From Eledone cirrhosa (taxonomy: Eukaryota), in assembly GCA_964016885.1 (NCBI GenBank), contig OZ024742.1, positions 73,346,001-73,410,000 of the forward strand: a stretch of 64,000 nucleotides of DNA. Direction: 5' to 3'. The notes below the pieces were generated by a model, which was given only the letters and a program-made list of their open reading frames with translations, made no database searches and had not been told where the DNA came from. The first letter of the stretch is position 1. The number at the start of each line of letters is the position of its first letter. This document shows, one piece after another, positions 14,110 to 27,739 of the stretch. A program made the translations under genes and the position numbers.

Positions 14110-14420
14110 TCATGATTTATGGGAGTGAGACAGGAGTAAAGAATATGAAGACAGTTGAAAAGATTGGAATTAGCTTAGTGGATGAATGGAGTATCACTAA
14201 GAGAGAGAAAGTCAAACAATAAATGGCATTGATGAGAACAGAGTTGATAGATATTATGAAAGGAATGGGATGAGATGGTTGGGTCATGTGTTGAGAAAGG
14301 GTGGGAAGAGTGATGAAAATGAATATTAAAAGAAGTAGACAAGAAGAAGACCTAGAAAGGCATGGTTAAGGGTGATGGAAGAGCAAATGAGGGCCAGAGT
14401 GTTAGTGAAGGGAAATGTTG
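14110..14420 (+). mobile_element. Decayed RTE-like LINE 3' fragment
   Basis: RW(L)GHVLRK and RRRPRKAW motifs. Confidence 0.65.
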
Positions 14421-14769
14421 AATATAGAACAAAATATAGAATACTACTGTATCACTACCACCATCACAAAACTACCCCATTCCTATTTCAGTACAGAAAA
14501 AGGTCTGAAAATGCTTAATGTTATTGTTGTGCCCCAATTTTATACACATTTCTTCATCAGTGGGTATGATCTAAATAAACTGCTGGAATATTTTATTATA
14601 ATGATATTGAATGTTATAAACAACACTTTAAGACAGAAAAAAAACAACATTCCTCCTTGGGGAACTTGAATCATGTATCTATTGCTGGTTGGGTGACTAA
14701 TGCAATTTGAAATAAAGGAATAACTGTGGGCTCATTGTTTCCCTTTGTCAGAAATTGCTGATTACAGAA

Positions 14770-15310
14770 TAGGAGACATAATTAGTAGTGGAGGTGGATA
14801 TACTGAAAGTCGAAGCCAGTGTGAGAACAGGGTTGTAAGAAATTCCGGGAACTGTTACTTTTACTTGCAACAAAAGTCTTCTCTCTCAGAGTGAAGAGTA
14901 GATTATATGATACTTATGTTCGAACTTCTATGCTGCATGTCAATGAGACATGAACTCTGAGTGGAGAAGATCTGTTGTGGCTAAAAAGAACTGAAGCATA
15001 TATTCTATACCAGATGTGGTGTAGATGAACAACAGAACACAAGTGAGCTGAGAGAAAAGCTAAGAATAAGAGGAATTGAATGTAGCACACAAGAAAGACG
15101 GTTGTGATGGTATGGTTATGTCATATGTAAGGGGAACAAAATGCTGTATAAAAAAGTGCCAAGGAACTTGGAAGTGAATGGAACTTGTGGAAGAGAGAAA
15201 CTAAAGAAGACACGAGTTGAAATTGTGAAGAATGACCTTAAGAAACTGAACTTTACAAAGATGACACAAGGTTGAGCTGACTGGTGATATGCTGTAATAC
15301 AAAAGACCTA
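14770..15310 (+). mobile_element. Decayed RTE LINE 3' fragment
   Basis: Collinear with 24260-24800 (ISSGGG, KFREL, ELREKL, WYG motifs), many stops. Confidence 0.8.
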
Positions 15311-15806
15311 TTCACTAGTACAAGCACTGTGATACTAAAAGTAAACATGGTGAGAGATCAGAATCTTTGGTGGTTGAACAGAAACAATATAGGGTCTGAG
15401 AGGACTCTTCAGTCTGGATGAACATACGATAACCTCTCTAGTGTTGGCGCTATGATAAAATGCCCACAGAACATCCTGTAAAGTGGTAGTGTTGGTTCTA
15501 TGAAAAACACACCCATGACATTATACTGTCATCATCCCCTACTATTGTCACACACAACATCCTACTTATCAACCTCCTACCTTCCGATAGAGTAGAGAGA
15601 GAGAGAGCTCTATAGAGTGTGGGAGTGTGAGATACAGTAGCTCTGAAACATCGTTCTTAAAACAAAAACCCCCAAAAATTAATCATCAGAATTATTGAAA
15701 TTTTTCAAAATAGTGTATTGGTTTATGTTTTATAGTATCTACTCTAGTGCCTCATGTTGTGTGTTCAAATATTCACATTTGGTTCCATTAGAGTTAATAA
15801 AAGGCA

Positions 15807-15841
<35 letters not shown>

Positions 15842-16929
15842 CTTCAGTGTTATTCAGTCAATGAAATGGCAAATTGAATTACGTTTTACATGGAATGCTG
15901 GTATTTCGCTCTAAAAATTTTGAAACAAGCCAAGACACTCATGGTATTGTTACATAGTGAGGCTAAGGTGCTGGAATAGCCAAGCATCACCCAATTCTCC
16001 AGTAAACTGAGCTGCCAACAACTGACAAAATTCTCATTGTCAGGGGCCCAGCTCTCTCGAATGTCCCAAATGCTAAAGGCTGAAAAATGTAGTTTACCAC
16101 CACCACCACCACCACCACCATCATCATCGTTTTACATCAATTTTTCGATGCTGGCATGAGTTAGATGAGTTGTTCTATTGTGGGCAATGTTAGGTCAGGT
16201 GATCATATCTTGCCCATACAGAACTGATTTTGGTTTGATTTCTACAGTTGGATGCCCTTCCTAATGCCAACCTCATTTACAGTGATTTACCAATAAATAA
16301 CAATATTTCACAAGTTTATTCCATTCAGCAATAGTTGAGTGAATCCCCCCACCCAACTTAGTTGCTACATCAACAACGTGAGAAGGAGCAAAAGAGTCAG
16401 TGACAGTCAATAAAATAAGTTCCAGCAATATTTTAGGGAACCTTGGACAGATGGTTGAGTACTAAATGCTGATTAGTTTGTTAGCTCACTGTTCTGAGTT
16501 CAAACCCTGCAAAGTACCGACAGATTTTTGTCTTCCTCTTTTGGGGAATCAGTAACCTAAATACCAGTAATATACTAGATTAAAAACAACTACAACCTCA
16601 TCACTAAAAAATGAGGTTTGCTATGGAGTCAGTGGAATGAAGCTATTATAATTAGTTTTTATTTTTGTTAGTCATAGAGAGAGGGGGTGGAGATGGGGTG
16701 GGAAAGACAACAGAAAGCAGACTGGGGTGGGCGTTATGAATGGAAAGAGGTGGGGTGGGGCTGAACAAATGTAACTATGGAAACAAAAGTTCAGAAAGAG
16801 GACACAGCTGATTGTCACCCCTATTTTTAGGACAGTGTTCCACAATGGCTGAATATGAACCACACTCCAGACTGGTCAACTTAGCTTCAAGGTGGGTGGG
16901 AGGAGGGAGGAACTGACATATTACAGCAA

Positions 16930-18272
16930 CTACTGTTTTATACTACTTTCTCACTACTACTGCCACCACCACTACCACCAACACCACCACTACTAATGTT
17001 GATAATATTACCACTGCCACCACCACTACACTGTCACTACACCAACACCACCCCACCACTATACTTGCACTACTATTGTGGGGAAGATAAAACTCTGCCA
17101 CCACCACCACACCGTCACTATACCACTACTACACCACTACACTTGCACTACTAATGTTAAAAGATCATCACTGCCACCTCCACTACATCCCAACACCACC
17201 ACCACTACACTGTGTACTACTACTGTTGGTAAGATCACCATTACACCAACATCACTACCACCACACCAACATCACTACCACCAACACTAACATCACTACC
17301 ACCACCAACACTGTCACCAGCAACACTACACCAACATCACTACCACCAACACTAACATCACTACCACCAGCAACACTACACCAACATCACTATCACCAAC
17401 ACCAACATCACTACCACCACCAACACTGTCACCAGCAACACTACACCAACATCACTACCACCAACACTAACATCACTACCACCACCAACACTGTCACCAG
17501 CAACACTACACCAACATCACTATCACCAACACCAACATCACTAGCACCACCAACACTGCCACCAGCAACACTACACCAACATCACTATCACTAACACCAA
17601 CATCACTAGCACCACCAACACTGCCACCAGCAACACTACACCAACATCACTATCACCAACACCAACATCACTAGCACCACCAACACTGCCACCAGCAACA
17701 CTACACCAACATCACTATCACTAACACCAACATCACTAGCACCACCAATACCACCACTATCACAACATACTCCTCATCACTTCCCAATATAACTACCACA
17801 CCACCAACATCACCACATCACCAATCACCAACATCACTATCAGTACACCACCAACACTATATTAGTACCATCATCAACAGCAACATCACCATAACTACAC
17901 CAACTTCCTCACCATCAACACTATAAATACTAGTACTACCATCAACATTACCAACACCACTACCACAGCATCCTCTTCACCACCACCACCACTACAGCAT
18001 TCTCTTCACCACAACCAACAACACTACCACAACCACCATCACCACCACCACCACCACCACCACCACTACCACCACCACTACCAAACCAACTTCACCACCA
18101 CCACCTCTACCATCATCACCACAACAGCATTCTCTTCACAACAACAACAACAACACCACCACCACCACCACTACCACCACCACTACAGCATTCTCTTCAC
18201 CACAACCACCATAACACCACCACTGCCACCATAACACCACTACTACCACCACCACCACTACAACAACCACCA
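16930..18272. repeat. (CAC/CAA/CTA) low-complexity tract with higher-order units at 17240-17750
   Basis: Repeated CACCAACATCACTA and CCAGCAACACTA blocks. Confidence 0.95.
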
Positions 18273-20597
18273 GCTAAAAACTAACAAAGAAAATTGTTAC
18301 AGTGAAGGGGTGGGGGAGTTGTTCTTCTAAGGTAACAACCCCCCATTCCTCTCTACCAGTCTGTACCCCCTTCCACCTTACCAACTCTTCCACCCCTTAC
18401 ATCTTTCTACTTTACTTTCCTCCCTCTAACCCCCTCCTACCTTCCCACCTCCTTAGGTATTATACTAACACCCTCACCTCACCTCTTCCATTTTATAACC
18501 CCAACTCCCCCCACATCTATTTCCCTTTGACCTCATTTATTCTATTTTGGTGGGGGTGGGGTAGAGGTCTTTTTCACTTAATTTAATAAAATTTGATGAT
18601 TATAATGCTGCTGTTGATGATGTATTTTAGAAGTCTACTGCTAAGTGAGAGAGAATGAGAAGTTGTGGCATTAATGCCTGCAGCACCACCAATGTAAGTG
18701 AAATAGTTCCAACTGGAAATTGAAACTGAGTTAATTAGTTTCACACACACACATACACACATGCATGCACACATACACACACTTAATGCACACACACACA
18801 CTCACATACAATGACATCACAGTATTGCGCTGGGGGTTATAACTGTGGGAACAAAGAGGAAATACACAACTTACACCTTTATATAACACAGAAATCAAAC
18901 ACAGACCCTTTACATGATTACTAGACTTGCTAGATATAACAACCAAGTCTCTCTCACACCCTATTATATTTTGAACAGAAAGAGTATATTTGATATTATA
19001 TTTTTTTTTATTGGTTAGTCACGATGAAGGACAATGGCCATGGGAGTTTTGGAAGCCTCCTAGACTGGTGGGAGGAAGGAAGATGTCCTCAAACCAGGGA
19101 ACAGGGACCAGGGACCAAACCCAAATGCTTGCAACAAGATGAACTCTGCTAAAAGAACCTAAGTGCTAAGTGGTGGTATTAACCCAAGTAACAGATTAAG
19201 TTTACCAACAAAATAAGCTGCAGTGAGATTTGAACTCAGAACACAAAAAGCTGAAACAAATATGACAAGGCCTTTTATCTGCTGCTCTAACAACTCTGCC
19301 AGTCCATTATCCAAGACTGGTAATTTATTTCTCAACTCCGGAAAAGTGAAAGGGAAAGTTGACCTTGGCAGAATTTGAACTGAGAGGGCAAGAAAGGAAA
19401 ATAATTATCACAAAGTATTTCATCTGACCCACTATGTTTCTGCCAATTCACTGCCTGTAGCCTGAGATAAACTATTCCTAGAGTACTTTGGGTGACAACA
19501 CTGATCTTTGGCTAAACAACAAAAACAAGACTGACTTAGGCTAAACAACAACAAAGCTGATTTGGGCTAAATAGTAAAAGGAAGGGAACTGATAATCAGA
19601 TTCAACCAAGGAAACTACATTTCTGGCAGAAAGAGGTCGGATTTGAACTCAGAATGGACAGAGCCAGATCAGACATGGCAAAGTATTCCCTTTAGCTTTT
19701 TAACAATTTCTCCAGGTGATTCCACCTGAACTAGTATTTATCAACATTGAGGGATAAACATCAATTGGCAGGATGTGAACACAGAGAGCTGGAATCAATA
19801 CCACAAGGCACTAACAACTCAATTTGCATCAAAATTAACACCTTATGAACAACCCTGACTCATAGACAACACAAGCTTAAATATAAACCCTAAAAAAACT
19901 CAGGTATATATTTCATAAGAGAGTTATCATCATTAGAAATATTGCCTAAGTGAAAAGTGTACAGGATTACAACAAACTCCTTATTCTTCTATTGCAGCCA
20001 CTGCAAAGGTTTTATCAGAATTTGAGCAGGATGATTAATTTTTCATAACTTAACCCAATTCACTCTGAGGAATAGATACCTGTTGGTCTTGTTTAACCCA
20101 TTTATTACCATATTTCAAATGATATACACTATGTTTCAATTAATTCATGAAAAATTTGGAGGAATGTACAAAAACAATTAATTATTTCATTATTAAGATC
20201 GTATTTACTTGGTGGAGACACAGATCCCTGGCCTGTCAAGGAGATCATTAGCTCCACTTCAGTATTGACTTGGTCTATGTAGACCCATTCAACTCTTGCT
20301 AGCAGGGAAAGCAGACATCAAAACGACAACAATGATGATGATGACGTTTGTAACACAATTTAACAATCATTTTTTATGTAAAACAATGGAGGAAGGTTTT
20401 AATTTACAAGAACCCTTTAAAATGAGTGATTTCGTTTGATAGAACAAGAGTCAGTTTTGGCCAAGCTGGTTGGTATCCAAAAGGTTAAGCCCAACTCAGT
20501 TGGAATCGAACTGACTTTCATTAAAAGTATTCAAAATACAATCATTGCCTTTTATTTACATATTTCATAATGTCAACTACATTATTACTTACAGGTA

Positions 20598-20940
20598 GAT
20601 ACATGTTTGACAAAGAAGAAAATTACATGTTTGATGAAAAAGAAATATACATGTTTGACAAAGATGAAAGCTACATGTTTGACAAAGAAGAAAACTACAT
20701 GTTGACAAAGAAGAAAGCTATATGCTTGATGAAGAAGACAGATAAATGTTTGACAAAGAAGAAAGCTGCATGTTTGACAAAGAAGAAAACTGCATGTTTG
20801 ACAAAGATGAAAGGTACATGTTTGACAAAGATGAAAGGTACATGTTTGACAAAGAAGAAAGCTGCATGTTTGACAAAGAAGAAAGCTGCATGTTTGACAA
20901 AGAAGAAAACTACATGTTTCACAAAGAAGACAGCTACATG
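20598..20940. repeat. 24-bp minisatellite (ATGTTTGACAAAGAAGAAAACTAC), ~14 copies
   Basis: MFDKEENY-type repeats in the ORF track; one unit has lost a base near 20700. Confidence 0.92.
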
Positions 20941-20942
<2 letters not shown>

Positions 20943-20972
<30 letters not shown>

Positions 20973-21228
20973 AAGAAGAAGAAGAAGAAGAAGAAGAAGA
21001 AGAAGAAGAAGAAGAAGAAGAAGAAGAAGAAGAAGAAGAAGAAGAAGAAGAAGAAGAAGAAGAAGAAGAAGAAGAAGAAGAAGAAGAAGAAGAAGAAGAA
21101 GAAGAAGAAGAAGAAGAAGAAGAAGAAGAAGAAGAAGAAGAAGAAGAAGAAGAAGAAGAAGAAGAAGAAGAAGAAGAAGAAGAAGAAGAAGAAGAAGAAG
21201 AAGAAGAAGAAGAAGAAGAAGAAGAAGA
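20943..21228. repeat. Pure (GAA)n microsatellite, ~95 units
   Basis: Uninterrupted AAG run. Confidence 0.98.
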
Positions 21229-22763
21229 ATTCAGATATATAAACACATCAAATATACTTATGTAGATATACATATTAAGTATTCAGACATGTAAACACAT
21301 CAAATGTACATGTGTAAATATACACATTAAGAATTCAGACATGTAAACACGTAAAATGTATATATTTCACTGAAAATTGAAATGGAGAATATTCTTAATT
21401 GATTTTGTACCCTAACTGTAGTCCTCATCAAACAATCTCAAGGAAATACATAACTAGGGATTTTATTAAGCTTTGTAAATATGATAGTAATCACGAAAGG
21501 ACAGAGTAATTTGCATATTTTTAGTGTCTATGTTGGTAGTTAATTTTAATATATATAAAATTGGGTACATGTTGAAATATATTTTGACTTGGTAAATGTA
21601 ATAAGATCAAAACAGAAACTGAGAAGATAAGAATTAGATTTAAAAGTGATAAAAGTAATAATGAAGAAAGCAGAACTGGAAGGAAGAATCAATTTGAGGA
21701 GACAGAAAGAGAATTTTATGATTCTATTTTTGTTCGTGTGAGACTAAACAAAAAGAATCATTATCTTTGTGAAAAACAATGATAGAAAAAATATTTTCGC
21801 AAAAGTTTCTATTTTTGGAAATAGAGAACAAATATTGTATGACTGAAGGAGCTTACAATATTTAGACAGTTTAGTTATGAAGATGGATTGGGTGATAGGT
21901 GAGTAAGAAAAGGATTGATTGACAATGTAGATTCATAAAAACTGCCCAATATAATTAGCTAATACCATATTTCATAGGCAGGTTACGGTCACTATGTTTT
22001 GACATTTATAAACTAATAATTTGGCCTTATCAAATATTTTCTACACTATGTTTCAATAATTCTAATTCTCAGACCATCTTCAGGTGCTCTATCCCCTCCC
22101 TGCACACACACAGGATTTAGGGGGTTAATCTAGAGTAAACTGAGAGGATAAGTAGATGGTGACCCTGGATAGAACATGTGAGTGTGGATAGCACTATGCT
22201 GTGTTGAAGAAGACTTGACATACAGCAAACAATGTGTCCTGACCTAACCTCATGCCGCTCCCTTGACCTCCACTAGCAAACCCCAACAGTTATCCTCAAC
22301 ATCACTACTTCAACCCCATCATGCATGCCCCCCTCCCTCTGTGAAGCGGTTGGCAATGGGAAGGGCATTCAGCCATGGAGGGCTAAACAAACAAACAAAG
22401 GGTTGGGAGGACCCTTCAGTCATGTCAAGGACATGACAGCCTCCCTAGTGTTTGGTGACCTACATGATAAACACACCAGTACATGCTGTAAAGTGATTGT
22501 TGTTAGGTAGGACACCCAGCAGTAGAAATCTTGCCAAACAAAAAGGTTAGGAGGTCTCTTAGTTGCATCAAAGACATGAAAACCTCTCCTGTACAATTGG
22601 TGAAGTGGTGACCATACATAAAGCGAGGCACAGATCCTTGGCCTGCCTGGGAGATCAGTGGTTCTGCTTCAGTACTGACTTGGTCTACACAGACCTATCT
22701 AACTCTTACTAGCAGGGAAAGCAGGCATTAAACAATGATGATGATGATGATGATATATATATG

Positions 22764-22833
<70 letters not shown>

Positions 22834-22866
22834 CAAAAACAAAGAGCGCTTACATCATCAATTAAT

Positions 22867-22928
22867 CTTTATTTGCTGACAGTGTTTCGTCCTTGCATAA
22901 TTGCAGGACTCATCAGAGCGTTATAAAG
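22867..22928 (-). ncRNA. Type I hammerhead ribozyme motif
   Basis: Minus: ctttat aac gct-CUGAUGA-GUCCUGCA auua UGCAaGGAC-GAAAC acu GUC-agc aa ataaag; core, stems I-III and GUC site all present. Confidence 0.88.
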
Positions 22929-23069
22929 AGGAATTAGATAAATAGTATAAACTCTACTGACCTATATCACAAGAACGATCCATGTGTAGCACAGAGGACT
23001 AAGAAGAGTGGGGTGCTTGGACGACGCGTCACTGCTAGAAGCCGATACATATATATATATATATACTTA

Positions 23070-23252
23070 TGATTGGCAGTATCGGTAGAGGGTCGAACGC
23101 CATGCTTTGACGCAAAGAGTTACGTCCCTTTACGATCTGAGTTCAAATCCCGCTGAGGTTAACTTTGCCTTTCATCCTTACGGGGTCGATAAAATAAAGT
23201 ACCAGTAATGTACTGGGTAAATGCTGGCCTTGTGCCAAAAGTAGAAACAATT
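23070..23252 (+). mobile_element. tRNA-related SINE with GCCTTTCATCC...GGGGTCGATAAAATAAAGTACCAG central domain (Meta-domain-like)
   Basis: GAGTTCAAATCCC B-box, conserved central block, ends AGTAGAAACAATTATTA; many copies in the window. Domain name is from memory. Confidence 0.8.
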
Positions 23253-23346
23253 ATTATTATTATTATTATTATATATCCCATCCATGCTAGCATGGAAGAT
23301 GGACGTTAAACGATGATGATGATGATGATATATATATATATATATC

Positions 23347-25172
23347 ATTAACTGCTACAAGGGTAAAGGAGATGCCCTAGATAGGGGAAACTATAGAGGC
23401 ATTAAATTAATTGACCAGGTCATGAAGGTCACAGAAAAAGTAATAGCGCAACTAATCAGAGAGCGAATTGATCTAGATGAAATACAGTTCGGGTTTGTGT
23501 CAGGTAAAAGTACAACAGGCGCTCTTTTCATTGTACGACAACTACAGGAGAAGTACCTAGCTAAAAATAAACCCCTATACTTAGCTTTTGTTGACTTGGA
23601 GAAAGCCTTTGACAGAGTACCCCGCTCGATTATCTGGTGGGTCCTTAGAAAACTAAGTGTTGATGAATGGCTTGTGAGAGCTATACAAGCCATGTATAAA
23701 GAAACAGTCAGCAAGGTTAGAATTAACAACGAATATAGTGAAGAGTTTAGCGCAAAAGTTGGTGTTCATCAGGGCTCCGTCCTTAGCCCCCTACTATTTA
23801 TTATTGCCCTTCAGGCTATAACAGAGGATTTCAAAACCGGCTGCCCATGGGAACTTCTATACGCAGATGATCTAACGCTCATAGCTGAATCAATGGCTGA
23901 ACTAGAGAAAAATTCCAAACATGGAAGCATGGCCTAGAATCAAAAGGCCTTAAAATTAACCTGTCTACGACTAAGGTTCTAGTTTGTAGGAAGGAAAATA
24001 GGGCACTGCTCCCATCTGGGAAATGGCCATGCTCAGTGTGTAGGAAAGGAGTAGGCAGAAACTCCATTTTATGTCCCAAATGCAAAGTATGGGTGCATAA
24101 AAGATGTAGTGGGATCACAGGTAAGCTAACTAAGAATAGAGATTTTATATGTGGCCGGTGCTCAGGTGCAATAAGTAGCAGCAAGTGCCCACAGAATACT
24201 AGCTCATTCCAGTGCACAGATGGTTCTATAGAAATAGTGGACACCTTCCGTTACCTGGGTGACAAAATCAGCAGTGGTGGAGGGTGCTCTGAAAGTACAG
24301 TAGCTAAAGTCAGAACGGGATGGAAAAAGTTCAGAGAGCTTATACCACTATTGGCCGCTAAAGGGTTCTTTCTAAAAATGAAAGGCAGGCTGTATGATGC
24401 CTGCATACGAACAGCAATGTTACATGGCAATAAGACTTGGGCATTGTGTGCAGAGGATATACGCAGACTGGAGAGGAATGAAGCTTGCATGCTCTGTTGG
24501 ATGTGTAATAGTAATATACGTGAACGGCAAAGCATAAACGAACTAAGGGAGAAATTAGGAATAAGAGGAGTCAGATGTTGTTTACTCGAGAGAAGACTAC
24601 GTTGGTATGGTCACGTGATGCGCATGAAAGACTGTATAAAAAAGTGCAGGGTGATAAAAATAGACGGTAGCCACGGAGTAGGCAGACCCAGAAAAACCTG
24701 GGACGACTTGATAAATTCCGACCTCACACACTTACACCTCTCCAAGACAATGTCACTGGACCGAGATCTTTGGCGCTACACAGTAATACAGAAGACCTGC
24801 CTTGCCTAAGTAAAAAGCGAAACCGACAAAAAATACACCCCCGTCCCACCACCCCCACCCCATCCACACCACCCCTTTCGATGTAAAGTTATGTTGGTAC
24901 CACAACATCCAGTCCGAAATAAATGAGGTCATGTAGGTGTCACTAAAAAAAAACACACAGTCCACGCTGTAATGTGGCCGTGTACGTAACACGGTAAAAA
25001 CCTTCCAGTCCACACTGTAAACGTGGTTGGTGTTAGGAAGGGCATGCAGCCGTACAAAACCCGCCAGACAGTCCTACACGAGCAAGACAACCAATCTTGC
25101 CTCAAGTGTGAAAACTCCCGTCCAAACTCATGCAAGCGTGGAAGATGGACGTTAAACGATGATGATGATGAT
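23347..25172 (+). mobile_element. 5'-truncated RTE LINE, subfamily A (RT, PHD-like finger, thumb, 3' UTR, (GAT)n tail)
   Basis: DLEKAFDRV, QGSVLSPLLF, YADD, RWYGHV motifs in ORFs 23422-23937 and 24036-24809. Confidence 0.95.
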
Positions 25173-25348
25173 ATATATATATGTAGAAGTGAGTAATATT
25201 GTAGGGCCTCTTCTCACTTTCTTTTTCCTTTTTCTCCTTTTCTTTTTTTTTATTTTCCTATCTTTTTCTTACTATTATATTTTCTGTCATATGTAGGTTT
25301 TGCACTTTCCTGTTGACAAGTGTTTTTAGGCCTCATATCATGTTACCT

Positions 25349-25418
25349 TATTTCATCTGATGAGAACACAATTTTTGTCCCAGGATGATGTTGTTTTCGA
25401 AATGCGCATAATAAAATA
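25349..25418 (+). ncRNA. Minimal type I hammerhead ribozyme motif
   Basis: tatttcat-CUGAUGA-gaacaca...tgttgttttc-GAAA UGCGCA UA-ataaaata; palindromic stem III AUGCGCAU, AUA site. Confidence 0.7.
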
Positions 25419-25471
25419 TATGGAACTTCTTTAACCATCTTTTAATTTCTTCTTTTATATATATATATATA

Positions 25472-27102
25472 CAGTGCCCTGCAAAAGTTTACAACACATT
25501 AGGAAAAATGCGGTTTTAGGTATTTTTAATAAAGTTAGGGTAATGAGAATTTAACTACTGATAGAACATATAATGAGGCATTTAATGATACAATCATATT
25601 TTTTAAAAAATAACAAGGAAATAACTCATGAAGAAAAATCAATATTTTTATAACGCAAAAGTTTACAACACATATATTTATCGCTTTTTTTCAAGAAAAT
25701 TCTTAAATTTTCAGATTTAAAATTCATTAGAATGTTCTAGATTAGGTTTAAGGTAACTTCTAAGGACTATTAAAAACATTACGTCATTATTTGTCTGACA
25801 ACCATCCTGTAAACATTGACAACCGTCCTGTAAACATTGACAACCGTCCTGTAAACATTGACAATATGGGGAAAAAATAAACTGATTGATCAAGACCTCC
25901 GTAAAAGCATTGTAGACCTTCATACAAATGGTTTGGGTTATAGAAAGATATCTTGTCTGTTAAATGTGCCATTGAGTTCAGTTGGTACTATAATTCGTCA
26001 CTGGAAATCTCATCATTCCATCTGTCCTCTAATTAGTTCTGGTCGTCCTAGAAAGATAACGGAACGTGCAGCTCGGTTATTGACGAGAAAGGTTAGCAAC
26101 GAACCCCGGTGTACTCTTTAAAATCTTCAGGATGACCTAGAAGAAAGTGGAGTAAAAGTGAGCACAGATACAATTAGTCGTTCACTTCGTCGATATAATA
26201 TCTTCTCGAGGTCTCCAAGGAAAACACCACTTCTTACGAGGAAACACGTTCTTCGTCGATTAAACTTTACAAATGATCTCATCAAACCTGCGTCATTTTG
26301 GGAAGACGTACTTTAGTCGGACGAAACAAAAATTGAACTTTTTGGTCGAAATGCTGTGGCAAAAGTCTGGAGAAAGTAAAGTACTGAATATTCGCCGAAG
26401 AATACTATTCCAACTGTAAAATTTGGAGGTGGATCAATCATGGTTTGGGGTTGCTTTAGTGCCACAGGTGTAGGAAATATTGAAATAATAGAAGGAAGAA
26501 TGGGTGGCGTTTATTATAGAGGTATTTTGCAAAGGAATTTACATCAAAGTGCACATTCTCTCAGCTTAAAGCCAGGTTGGTTTTTTCAACAAGATAATGA
26601 TCCAAAGCATACTGCAAAGCTAACACAATCTTGGTTAAGTACGAATGGAATAAATGTTCTAAAATGGCCAAGTCAGTCTCCAGATCTTAACCCGATCGAA
26701 AATTTGTGGAGAGAACTGAAACTCAGAATTCAAAAAAGGAAACCCCAAAATATCCCTGAACTAAAGAAAATTTGTTGTCAAGAATGGAAAAATATTAGCC
26801 AAGAAACATGCAAGAAGTTTGTAGGAGGCTATTTCAAACGCCTACAGGCTGTAATTAGCAACAAAGGTTACGCTACGAAATATTAAGAGATGATTTAATA
26901 AATGTGTTGTAAACTTTTGCGTTATAAAAATATTGATTTTTCTTAATGAGTTATTTCCTTGTTATTTTTTAAAAATATGATTGTATCATTAAATGCCTCA
27001 TTATATGTTCTATCAGTAGTTAAATTTTCATTACCCTAACTTTATTAAAAATACCTAAAACCACACTTTTCCTAATGTGTTGTAAACTTTTGCGGGGCAC
27101 TG
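25472..27102 (+). mobile_element. Full-length Tc1-family DNA transposon (IR/DR type), inactive
   Basis: Ends CAGTG...CACTG within TA context; ~200-bp TIRs (25472-25673 / 26902-27102), each with two GCAAAAGTTTACAACACAT direct repeats. Confidence 0.97.
25866..26886 (+). pseudogene. Tc1 DD34E transposase pseudogene
   Basis: SGRPRK, SDETK, QQDNDPKH...SPDLNPIENLW with 34 residues between D and E; frameshift near the ATG and several in-frame stops. Confidence 0.95.
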
Positions 27103-27546
27103 TATATATATATTCTTTTGGTCGTTTTGGAAGCCTCAACAATGCAGATGGGTAATTCTCCGGGTAACAAGATCCGGTGGTGAAGAGATAGATGTAAGTG
27201 AATGTAGAATGAGAGGTATAGTGTGTAGAACGTAGGAAAGAGCGTAAAAAAATAAAAATAATAACACGAGATAGGGTTACCTTGGGAGAGATTTAATTGT
27301 CCCTATAATTCGGATTCACATCCATCAACTGGGGGGTTTCCAGAGGCGGGAGGGATTATCTGTCAGAGAGGAGCAGTATGTGTCCTCTGCTGTTCGTTGT
27401 TTTGAATAACTGAGGTATTCAGCAGAGCGCGCGTGCGCGCGGAATAAGTCCGGTCAAGCAAAGGTCGACGGTCGAAGTAGCTCTTTTAATTGTGGAAGTG
27501 GGGTGGCGTTAGCTGTCAATCCATTGTATTATCTATCTGTGCCTCT

Positions 27547-27586
<40 letters not shown>

Positions 27587-27739
27587 CATATATGTATTTA
27601 TTTGTATATATTTCATCATCATCATTATTTAATGTCGATCTTCCACGCTCGCATGGATAGGATATATAATTATAATAATGAGTTGAAAAAATAGAAACTT
27701 TCGCAAAAGTTTCTATTTTCTCAACTGAGACCTCCCAAA

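Noticed and set aside
9162-18272. Gly-, His- or Thr-rich (mucin-like) ORFs
   Set aside because: Trinucleotide low-complexity DNA open in several frames, with no gene structure.
20695-21294. Poly-Arg/poly-Ser proteins
   Set aside because: Translations of (GAA)n.
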